Of a stretch of DNA of 64,000 bases, positions 13,239-24,945 are shown in pieces. The stretch is from Tubiluchus corallicola. Its lineage: Eukaryota > Animalia > Priapulida. The stretch's first letter is position 1, and each line of letters starts with the position of its first letter. The DNA is taken from positions 859,777 to 923,776 of the forward strand of contig JAQGDQ010000045.1 of NCBI GenBank assembly GCA_030141605.1. The letters run 5' to 3'. Below the pieces are notes generated by a model. The model did no database searches. It was given only the letters and a program-made list of their open reading frames with translations, and was not told where the DNA came from. The position numbers and the translations under genes are program-made.

Positions 13239-13358
13239 CAATGCAATGCAATACAATACAATAGAATACAATATAATGCAAAGCAAAGCAATGTAACGCA
13301 ATGTAACGCAACGCAACGCAACACAACCCAACACAATACAATGTAAAGCAATGTAATA
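13239..13358. repeat. Pentanucleotide repeat (CAATA/CAATG/CAACG)n
   Basis: Directly visible. Confidence 0.9.
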
Positions 13359-16300
13359 CTTTTTTTCTTTATAACACTTTAACGTTAGTTCATTTTATGG
13401 TAGTAAAATTATTTTAATAAAAAAGTTTTATAGTAATCACTAGATTTTTATTTCGTATGCTTTCCAGTACATAAGTTCAATGATAATGAAATACATATAA
13501 ATGATATATTTAGGAGAGTGTCATGTGTAAAAGTTTATATTATAGCATTCTAAAATAAGTTGGTACTTATTTCTTTATTCTTTTGCTTAAACAATTTTAA
13601 AACAGACGACGAGCACAAGTCTTTCATTATGTTAATTAAAGCCAAGAAAGTAATACTCTTTGGCGCAACAACGACTAGTGACATTTCCGTTGATGTAATT
13701 GCCTAACAGTTTTCAGTTAGTTCACACCAACAGCCATATCGTCATTGTAAAGTATGAAGTCAGACTTAGTAATAATTAGTAATAATTAATACTGTAACTC
13801 TTGTTTGGGAATTTACATCCGGGCACTGTTTTGAGTGTAACAATCAAACAAAATGTAAAATTATTCAGGTAAATATGTTTCACTACTAACTTTTCAGTTT
13901 AAACTGTTTTCCATAGCTTCAAAATTTCAATACGACTGTAAGCGGAATATAATCCGTGTGTTTAATTTTCACGATCGTACATACAAGCGTAACATGCAAT
14001 ATTATTGTAACTGCAGCCAAGAAAACATTTTAGGTACATACGCGAATGTAAAAAGGGCAGAAATTACTTGCAGCTACCGCCTGCACGTTCCCACACTGCA
14101 TAAAGACTTTGCGTGACTTGCTTTTCTTGGGCAACCATACGCTCTGCAAAAAGGGGTGTGGAAAGTAGAGGTTTTACAGTAAGGTTTACAATAACAGAGA
14201 ATCCACTTTTCGTGTTTTTGTTTGTCTTGTTAACTATATGTAAAAATAGTTTAATAGTGATGATAAAATTAATGATAATGATGATGATCAACGTTATAAA
14301 TAAAAGAAATGAGGCTTATAAATAAAATTTGCAGATAAACGCTAAAATTTTTTACAAGCTCTTTTAAGTAATAGTTAACTCGTTGGGGAAACAACAGTTT
14401 TGTGACAAAGAGTCTGAATGAATTCAATTCTAAATCCACGAGCATGACCGTGTTTATTACTTGGCTATATCTGGTCTAGTCCACTACGATTTACTCACAT
14501 GTGTAGAGCAGTTTGCCCTAATTTTCAAATTTTGGCTAGTATATCGGGTTCTCAAACAATACCAATATTTTTACCACATTATTTGTCTGAGCCTCAAGTA
14601 CAGTTGTCTGCTCTTGAAGTACTCTGACTTTAGTTATTACGGTTTTCAGGGTATTCAATGTTACAAGGCGATGCCTAAAATCGAATGCCTAAAATAACAC
14701 TATAAAAATCAGTGTGAGGGTTCTCTTACCAATGTGTGTGATAAGCCCTTTTTGGCATGTGAAGTTGCTACGATCTGGTGTCTAATGACAAGTTTAATAT
14801 CAATGTAGTAAAGCATTCTGCAGACCTTTCAATTTGCAAAATAGCTCACGTGACTTGAATTGACTTTACTACCTTGACTCTATTATTACCAAATTTGTGT
14901 ATCTAAAATTAAATACGCTAACGAATTGCGCGTTACTATAAATAAACAAAAGCTCAGCATAGATTACGTCAACGAGTTAAATTTATCGCAAAAGGGTTTA
15001 TATAAAAGATAGTGACTTCAGGCTTCGCAGCTGACGTAATATATGAACTATACGCGTATAGGTCGACGTTTCGCGTGGAAGGCGGATCCAGAACTGAAAA
15101 CATGGATGCGCATAGTTAACGGTTTGAACGTGCTACAAGAACCTGGACAAATGTTCGTAATTTAATTTTTTAAACACCTCAAGTTTTTAGTTAAAATAGT
15201 AAAGTGGCTTCCACTTAATCTTGCTAAAACCCTGATATAAGTGTGTACTTATATATCAGACAAATTTCAAGTAAAGATAATTTTAAACTGTGAAGTGAAA
15301 CGAGTCTGTTTTTGGGTTGTTAGAAGAAGATAGTCGAGGACCACAATTAGTTTTTTAAATGCTAATCACTATTTTTGCAACATACAGAATTTTCTACGCT
15401 AATGCATTTTAATTAAACAAGCTAAAGGCCAAACGATTCGCTTATTCACTTGTTGAGATTAGTACTTTACTTTTCGAGGAATGTTTTTAGTGTGGATGGT
15501 TGAACGACGGCTACAAAGTGTTGGGTTTTTCAAAAGGGTGATTTTGCGCACTTTAGGAAATACAAGAGTAGAATACTGTTGATTAATTTTAACATCAACT
15601 ATGTAAAGCTGCAGGACTAATGAATTGTGACTTAACTGCTTAAAGCGTTTTTCTGAGACCGCCTCACTTGCTGGTGTACATTGAATGACTCAGAGTATTG
15701 CGACCATAGTAGAATGAATTGAATTAACCGCAGCATAAATATGAAACGTCAGCACAGATGGGAGTGCTTGTCCTCAAAATTGGACAATCGTCTTCGGTTC
15801 AGCGCTTCGTCAGTCTCAGTCAGCGTCGAATAGTTTGTGTAAGTGACTTGACTGGACAGGCAAGTAAATGAAATAAGCGAGGTTTTTACACTTGGCCTCC
15901 TTCCACTTACACTACTCCTAACATCATTACGAAGTTCAATAACTGAAAACTATCCGCGTATTACGGACGATAACAGCGCTGGGGCTGGGCCAATCAGCGG
16001 CTCCAAAGAAAATAGCAAAATAGCGGCAAGAACTTTCATTCCCTTATTGAAGTTTGACGAAGCCAATAAGGTTTGATCTAATTATTGGACGGGAATTTAC
16101 CTGAAAAATATAAAAGACTGGAAGGTGTGAACCTATACTTTTCTAGTAACATGATACAATGTGCTTGCTTATATTACAGATTAGACTAGATGATTGTTGA
16201 TTGAATACACTGAAAAAAGTCCTGTAGCACAAAGTAACTTAAATAGGGACAATTACTATTACTATTAAAGTACATTTATTACATGTGTCAGAAATGCGAA

Positions 16301-17644
16301 ACTAAAATTACTGTGTCTTTAGTTAGTCGTCCAATGCAACTACGAGTCCGCATGTTTCAATATGAAGGCTGCGAGTGGAAATCCTTGTCTAGGATTCTAT
16401 CCCACTCTGTAGACCTTGCATTGTTTTGGAATATAGTGTTGGTGACCTAAATGTGGGATTAATAAACCGATATAAAACTACCCTGCTTTTTTCTGAGTAA
16501 TAGTAGGGTAAACTGTAATATGACATCGTACATGTAGGCTACCAGAAGACTAATTAGTGAACGTCTTCAAGCCTGCTATGTGCAGCATCGCGGCGAAAAT
16601 TTTGCTCTTTTCAACTTCGTTATGTATTATTGTATTAGTCATAAATTAATCATTGCGTTCGTGCAAAGTTAATTGTAAGAATTCAAATCTGCAGAGGGCG
16701 CGACTAGACCAATCCTAGATGTTTTAATTAGCTGTCGTTTCTCTCAAAGCAACGCTCCTGTGTATTTGAAAACCTGGTCAGTAAAATTTCACGAGGGTTA
16801 ATTACCGCTTTCCAGGTCGACCGATTAGAAGCCGCGCTCAGAATCAATCAAGCGTGACGAAATAATTGCACACGCCAAGATATGCGCCGCCATCAAAGAT
16901 GTGGCTTCACATTAAAAATCAGTCTGTTTACTCAGACAATAGTTACTAATTGTTTGAGTAAATCTACCCAACTTCTTTTGTAATCTTGGCTGTACCTCAA
17001 CGCTATCATGCCGTAAGTGATTAACGCATGTTAAGGCATTAAAACGCTGTCGAAACAAAGCAAGCAAAAATGCGCAGACAAGCATGACAGCATGTTAAAG
17101 TAAACAAGAAGATTTTGCGGAATTTATTTAACCGTGAATTCCCGTGCGAGCGATTTTAAAATTAAATAATGGCTATGGTCATGAGGTGAACTTGTCAGAT
17201 AGGGTAATGCGAAATTCATCTCCTATTTAGGAACTACTCGAAGGTGACAGAGTTTTAGAATTTCACGCAGAACACGCACAAAAATTTTATTATTAATAAT
17301 CAAGTAATAAGTTCAAAAATATGTAAGCGGATATTTCGGTAAATGACTAAGCATTATTTTAGCCAAAAGTAAAAATAACGTGTTGATAAACGTAGCATCG
17401 AAAAGAAAAGAAACGAAACTTAACGAAAAGAAAAGAAAAGGAAAAAGGTAAAGGAAAGACAAATGTAGGCAATTTAAGGTAAAGTAATGCAACTGCATTG
17501 AATTATAATAAAAATAAGTCAGATAATGGTTATTGCGGCTCTCAGTTCCCAAATTTCATTCTGTTTGGAAACCTTTAAAATATGTAAAATGCAGTTTGTA
17601 TAATTTTTTTAGAAAGGCCTCAGAAGAAGAAAAATTAATGTCCT

Positions 17645-17722
17645 TCTAAAGGATAAGAAGGACGAAGGACAGAGACCTCAAAATCAGGGCTGCCTTCCAA
17701 AAGAATGACATCTGGCCACCCG
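17645..17722 (-). mobile_element. Possible single terminus of a hAT (Tip100-like) element
   Basis: Minus strand GGGTGGCCAGATGTC...CCTGATTTTGAGGTCTCTGTCCTT with AGGAC subrepeats resembles Tip100-type ends. The partner TIR was not found. Confidence 0.3.
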
Positions 17723-19705
17723 ACACTCAAAGTAAGGCTACATAAATATTTAAGAAAAGTAATAAGAAATAAAAGAAACTCAGCAAGCTCTCAAGTACAA
17801 AACATTAATCAAATAAAAAGTTGACCATTTTGTTTATGTATCTATAAACATCTTTATGCCTTTAAGCTTAAAGTACAAGAAAAGGGGTACCTCATCAGTA
17901 CTTGCTGTACTTCACAGCAATTTTATGCGTACATCGCACTCACGTTGAAAGGATTTTTTGTTTGATTTTGTTTTAAATCTCCCCGCAATACTGTTCCCGA
18001 CTGCGCCATTAGATGATATCCTATATGCTTAACGTAAATCGGGCAGAAAAGGAAATGTTAAACTATGTGCCAAAAAAACTTTCCATGAAAATTATATTAC
18101 TTAGCATTTCGTTTACCTGCTTGAAAGACTTATGTAACTAGAAAATAAAATTAAGAAAAACTACTTAAAATGCTTTCACCAATTGGTAAAATGTTGTGAG
18201 ACACTTCCAGGGTGCACCACTCACTAACCAAGTAACGTATTTTTAATCTTATTGACGAGGTATAGTAATTTAAAATTTTACTTAGTTAGTGACATGTGCA
18301 CTACGAATACTCTGATCATTTGTCACTTTACTCAGTGCTATCTAAACTTATTTCAAATGACTTATCGTTAAAATGGCTGCGTCTAACGCTCATCGAGGGA
18401 GTTTGAATTAAATCTTATACGGCGTTACTGCCGACGCAAGCCCTGTATGCAGAAAGGCAGTATGTAAGTGGTATAAAATTTCAAGACGAAATTTTAAGCT
18501 TTATGTAAGTGGAGGGTTTTTTGTGCTCTAACTATTCTTGTTTCATAGCTGAAACGTAATTTCAAGCTAACTTTCAAACTTAAAAGTATTTTTAAATGTC
18601 TGTGGCGGGCAGAATAATTTAAGGAAAAATTATGACAGGCAGATAAGTATAAATCTTTGTCGAATATTTCTAAGATATCCTTTGGTTCCTTGCGGTGGGT
18701 GTGACTGTCAAAGAATCCGCCCCAAGAATCGGCAAAAACACAAAGAATTCGCAAGGAAATGGGATTCTTTGTATCTTAATGTGCATCAGCGTAAGGAAGA
18801 AATCGCGCATTCTTTACTGGAAAATGAAATTTGCTAAATTTTTATTGCATGTCTGCGCCAACAATGCGGTCCATTCTACACAGATCTGCAGGCAAATCAG
18901 TCAGCGTTTCTGCATGCTGAGCTGGTCGTGGCGAATTCACGTCCGTGCCTTGCAAATCTGGCTTGACACTCATCCAAAAAACAACTAGCAAAGAAGCCAC
19001 AGACTTTAAAATCAACGCCAACTTACCCCGAATGTGTGATGTTTTTAACGGCGAAGTTTGGTGTAATTGGGCGTCAGAGTTGGAACAGAAGCTCCAGTTT
19101 TTTAAGAACGCCCTGTCTGAGAGAAATTTTTCCACAAGCCTACTGCATGTTGTGAGCTTACGTTAATGGCATACATTCTGAAAGGCCTATTAAGCTCAAG
19201 GAAGGGAAGCACAATAAGTTGCGCACACAGCAAATGTATACTAACAAGAAGATTTAATGTGAAGAGAATATACAAAAACCCGAGCAAAACTGATTGTACT
19301 AAATTACGGGACAAACAGAATTTGCATGTGAGTGCTGAATAAGAAATGCCATCAAGTCTGCAAACGAGGGCCACGAACAGGAAAAACGTGGTAGGTATGT
19401 TGTATATTGTGGAAACCGGGTTACAGGCAAGAATGTTTAATAATTTCCTATTATTTAGTTCGTTTTTTGGCGACTAAATGCTGCATATAAAAAACCGGGC
19501 TGTCTATGGTACATGTTCCATGGTATGCCGTTTTAACATCGTGTGTTGAGAAACATGTACAGATGGCAAAATCGAGAAATATAGGACTGGATAAAAAATT
19601 GTGGCTATGCGCTACTTCACGCGGTATATACAGGCGCAGCAACCACCTGTAAACCTTTTTATATAGAATTTTATAAAGAAAATTAGAAAACTATTTTACA
19701 AAAAT

Positions 19706-19906
19706 ATTTATATGCACAATTGGACAAATATGCAAAATTACAGAAACATTTATGCGTTAAATGGGCCCACCACCTTCTGGGTAAAAGGATAGAGATTTTG
19801 CACACCCTTTGTGGGTTTCCTGATTTTCTCTGCGTCATAGTTTTTTTAACGAAAAGTTTTAATAGCGCCTGACACTCAGTAGTCATGGTCATCAGTTAAA
19901 CTACAT
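19706..19906. repeat. Left copy of a 200-bp inverted repeat pair (partner 22187-22403)
   Basis: AAAAGGATAGAGATTTTGCACACCCTTTGTGGGTTTCCT...TTTTTAACGAAAAG...TAATAGCGCCTGAC is the reverse complement of the 22.2-22.4 kb copy. ORFs 19683(-) and 22114(+) share GNPQRVxKISIL. Confidence 0.9.
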
Positions 19907-19989
19907 TTGTATTTGGTAACTGTCAGAAAAATTACTCTCTGTTTTCTCCCAGCCGAATCCGGAATCCGAAAAGTCTTTTGCAGAACAGT

Positions 19990-20127
19990 CCGATTCGACT
20001 CAATTAGACTTTCATTTCATTTCAATTCAACTCACTTTAATTTAATTCATTTCAACTCAGTTCAATTCAATGTATTTCAATTTAATACATTTCTATTTAA
20101 TTCAGTTCTGTTCAATTCAGTTCAGAT
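19990..20127. repeat. Degenerate (TTCAA/TTCAT/TTCAG)n pentamer repeat
   Basis: Directly visible. Confidence 0.85.
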
Positions 20128-22186
20128 GTTTTAGTTTTAAATTATATGTCGTTAACAAGGACAAACGTACACGTCTACATGTCTGTAGTTAACACTCTTT
20201 GGGTGGACGGAGCTTTGTTGTAAGAAAACTTTTATGAGAATCGGCAATTTTATATGCAAGCTGAAAACAAAGTATAATTGGGCGCTTTGTGAAAACGTTT
20301 TGCAGATTAAAACAGTACAGTATCATGATACTTAGTGATGGCACAGTATGGTACAACGATGAATTGGTATGGTACATAGAATGGTAAAATGATGGCGTAT
20401 TCAGATATAATAATCATGCATGATGGTATCAGGTGGAATATTCTTCTGAAGTATATTCATTGTAGGTGTTTTGCAAGTATCATAGAGCTTGAGTTTAAAT
20501 TATGGCAGTTTTGTGGCCTTATACAGCAGCTTCATATTCTTATACTGTTTATATAACAGTTTTCCCTTCAGACATCAGCTCTGCGAAACTCTCTGTCAGC
20601 AGCTTGTTTCCTTTTTTCGTTTAGCCTTCTGGTTACTTATTAGCACGTTAACTTAAGCCCCTTTTAACTTGTTCAAATTAAATACACGTAGGCTTACTCT
20701 CTTTTTTCTGCTGACTTCGGACCTCACCGGACAAACCCATTAAAAATTATATTGGCATGAGAAAACCACCAATTGGAAAATTTCTGTAGTCTTTGGTTAT
20801 GCAATTTATTCAAATGAGTTCAATCTTACTCAGATTAATTCAATGATTTTTTTCTTGGAAGTAGTCTTCTCCAAAGTTTATGGTGCAAATCCAGGTGTAA
20901 TCACTAGGCCTACCTTTCATTTCTCTGTACTTTATATCTATTTCACCTCATTGTAAATTCATTACAGTAATTTTGTGTTTACCGCTATGGTAACATGCTG
21001 TGCCACCATTGTACAGCATATTGTAGCAAAGTAGCATCTATAGCATCTGTAAAGCAGACTAACGAAAGAAATGACTTTTGATGGTACAGTAGTTTGATGG
21101 TTGCCATTGTTAAGATTAACAAATTCAGTGCAGCAGTAACCGTTAATATACCGCAAGTAATCAGTAGCGGTTTGTGTGTGATAATCTGCCATTCGCTGTT
21201 TTACCTTTTTCCGTTTCATCTTTTACTTTTGACAGGTTTGGAAGTAGGCATGACACAGTATGATTGATACACAGCCCTTACAGCTAAATCGGCGTGAAAT
21301 TGTTTAGAATTGTGCGCTTGCAGGCGAACTTTCGGCAAACATTGTTAACCGAATCCTGGCGCTAACAGCATAACCCAGCGTCATTTTCTTCTCAAAAGTG
21401 TCCAATTTCAACACAAGGGCTTTCATTTCACGGTGTATTAAACACTATTTGAAAACGCAAAAATCGTCGCGCCTGCTTTGGAGAATATAATGTTGATATC
21501 AGATGCCAAGGCGAAGGAGTGGAACTTCGGGGTTCGCTGCTTGGAAGCCAGTGGTGTACAATTAACGCATTTGATGTCATGACGAGCTGTCATAGAAAGA
21601 TGATGATGCAGTACAGCGGCATTTAAAGGTGAAGCGACATTTAGAGTCTAAAAAGTACAAAAGTATTTCTGCATTCAGGAGATGCACATTTAACACGTGA
21701 GATCGTGACAAACTATTATAGAAATATCATTATGCAGTACAGGTACAGTTAGAGAGAACACGAAACGAAATGAGCTTTAAAGCCTTATTGTATTTTGACT
21801 GTTTTAACATTATGCGACCTAGAAGTAAATTTCATTTTTTGTAGACTGCTTTTCAAATAAATTACAAGGAAACTCAAGTGATGCTACTAGGAATTTATAA
21901 CTGTATAATTATATAACTACCATATACGCAGTGTGTGATTATTAGGTTATATCAAAAGCACCAGACGTCATAAAATTAGATTGTTCGACAAATGTTCATA
22001 GAATCTACAATAAACCTCGATTTATACGTGTAATATTTACTGAGATTAAGTTTTAAAGGGCTATCTTTGAACCTCGTCTACCGAAATTCGTCTTAAAGTC
22101 TTACAGAAAACTTATGATGCAGTACAGTGATGATTGGGAAACCAATCCCTCCAGGAATGGACACCTCACAAAGCAATTCAAGCAAC

Positions 22187-22403
22187 ATGTAGTGAGTTGT
22201 ATGACTATAACTTCTGTGTTAGTCAGGCGCTATTATAGCTTTTCGTTAAAAACAAACTGGGAAGCAGAAAAATTAGGAAACCCACAAAGGGTGAGTAAAA
22301 TCTCTATCCTTTTTGCCGAGAAGGTGGAGCACCCATTTAGCGCACCTAGATGTTCCTATAATTTTGTATCTTTGTCGTAGAAGCCCCATCGGCGCATACA
22401 AAT
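22187..22403. repeat. Right copy of the 200-bp inverted repeat pair (partner 19706-19906)
   Basis: GTCAGGCGCTATTA...CTTTTCGTTAAAAA...AGGAAACCCACAAAGGGTG...AAAATCTCTATCCTTTT. Confidence 0.9.
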
Positions 22404-24539
22404 TGCCACAATTTTATATATTATAATTAAAAGGTATATTGTATTTTGTACAGACATGTTTAATTTAAGTTTTATGTATTTTAATTAAAGGGCCAGTACG
22501 AGTGCTTTAGGCCTGCTTGCTTTCTGCTTTTCTAAAATTGTACATTCTATAAATGAATAAAAATAAAAATAACATTTTGCAGATAAAGTGGTTATTAATA
22601 CACCTTGAAAGCACTGAGCGTCGTTAAAATAGATTGTTCAACAAATGATCACAAATTCTGTAATAAAACATTTAAACACAGAAAATTTACCATGCCGGAT
22701 AAAGTTTTAGAATAATGTAATGTGTAATATTATTTTAATGTTATGTAATGTGTTTGAGTTTGATTGATTTAAACACACCTTGCAAGAGTTTAGGCATTGT
22801 TACAACTTTAACTGTCATTACACACTGGATGCCTTTCATGAATGTTGCATCCACCTGTTAACATGTTGTCTATAAAAAACTTAAAAATACATCGTGTTAA
22901 ATAAGAAAGGCAAACACTATATAAATATCAGGTGTTGCAGAAAATGTGCTAAACTGTTGATCACGGTATTATGAGAAGAAAATAACGGAATCAATTGAAA
23001 ACTGCTGCACTGGTGTTACACGACACTTATGTATAAAAATTTTTAAGTCATTCCATTATTTTTTCCGAAGATACAGAAGCTTTAAAAGCGAGTCAAAAAA
23101 TAAATGCCGGAGAAATTTGTATACCACTATTGCTGAAATTGCAGCAAGTGCTCTATGTGTCTCCATTTTCTCCAAAATAGACGAAAGCGTTTCTTCAAAC
23201 AGCTGACACAGTTTCTTGCTTCTTGAATGGTTATTTAGTCCCAGCACTCAACAGTTTTTGCTTTTGGTTCTTATGTGTTAAACGTCTTTGTGCGGCCATT
23301 GTACATTTTCTCTTAAGACACAGTCCCATTTTTTTCTTGGCAACAAATCTGTATTAGTGTTTTTTCCTGGTGAATACCTTGAAGTAAACGGCTTAATTTT
23401 TGTATTGTTTTGTTTCATATACTAAGTGTTTTATACATTACTAAACGTGGTTGTTTTTCTGTTGACGATTTATTTAGCTGACATTGTTCCGGCATTTAAT
23501 TTTTTAACACGCAAAAGTTTTTCGGTCGTAACTTTAAAAGCACTAAAACTATGCACTTTTAACTTGCTTAGCCAAAAGCTAACGTATAGTAATATCAATA
23601 TTCATTGTGGAATTTTGATTTTGTAGACTAATTGCTTCTAATATTATTGTAGTCTAAACGTACGCTTATTTTTTCTGAAATAAGCCACCCGATATATTAT
23701 TATTATTATTATTAACATAATTTATTTTCGAACACACATGTACAGTCAAGGGGTTCCACTAAAGGAAAGTAGTAGACTAGATATGTGAAATATTGAACAA
23801 CGCGCTATACATATAAATTTTATCAGCTCTACTGATATTAATAATAATCTTAACATTAGTATTATAATAATTAATTATCATTTCCAGTGTTGGTTCGCTG
23901 AAACTGGTAATTGTTCTTCTCTTTAACCGAGAAACTACGTTGATTTCACCATATCAAAAACAAAAAATTCCAAAGAATTTTCGCTTGTTTTTGCTCTGTA
24001 TAGGAACTTGTTATTATGCTTCATGCACAGAAAACCACCTCACTTTCTTTTAAGCTGCAAAGTTACTGCAAAGCAGGCGCAAAAATCAAAAGCAGCTTAT
24101 TCGGATCCCATTAACAAACTTATTATTCATATCCTCTTAAATAAATATTGTTAAACATGACAGCTGAAAGAAGACCAAAGAAACACTACACCTACTTCTT
24201 CTTTACGGGAAGCCACAAGCCCTAGTTTTGAAATTCACACATGGCAGCAGAATTGCGTTGCTAAGCTACGATTAGTTAGCGGCATTTCTACAGAGACTAT
24301 TGGATAACCAGGTTAACAGGTAATTGAGCAGATCAAATCACAACAACAGGTGATGTTAAGGATAAACACAGACATGAAGACTCTCGAGAGACTCTTGATT
24401 CCAATGATAATGTGATTATGGCAACAAATGGCAATTCAGTACAGAATTATTTTGAAATGATAATGCAGGAAATCTCACGGGTTAGGGCACACAAGTTATT
24501 AGATGCAATGCTAGAACAATAAAAAAATGGTTCACGCTT

Positions 24540-24945
24540 TTACGTATACGCTAAAGATTTTTAGCTGGGAAACTGTGATTCAAGAACTTCCAGGCATTTG
24601 AAGACACTGAAGACATTGTATATGAAGTTTATAGATTCATGCTTTAAAAATTATAAGTTTATTCATCATATGACTGATGATATGAGAGAGAGAGAGAGCT
24701 ATCTTGAGACTTGTCATCTTTGACGTAAAAAAGTAATGCCCTTTTATAATCTCTTTCTCTAACTTGTTATATTTCAAATCAATGATATTTAGCCAGCGTT
24801 TTTTACTTTTTATCTTTTTGTTTTACATTGGAACATACTGTTTTAACATTTTATCTGTAATTTTCAACTGATGATGCCAGCTAGGGTCTGAAATAATATT
24901 TAATCGTTGAGACTATAAAGGGCGTTACGTTTTTATCTTTATTCC
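24540..24945 (+). mobile_element. Decayed Penelope-like element 3' portion (GIY-YIG remnant plus pLTR with degenerate hammerhead motif)
   Basis: Frameshifted GNCDS-RTSRHLKT-EEH at about 24567-24616, then a T-rich spacer and TCAA-CTGATGA-TGCC...GAAA...TTGA at 24864-24910, followed by TATAAA. This is the usual PLE 3' layout. Confidence 0.55.

Noticed and set aside
21590-22130. CRISPR-like or C/D snoRNA array reading of the spaced motif
   Set aside because: Eukaryotic context, no cas genes, degenerate repeats with long irregular spacers, and no consistent box C/box D pairs or terminal stems.
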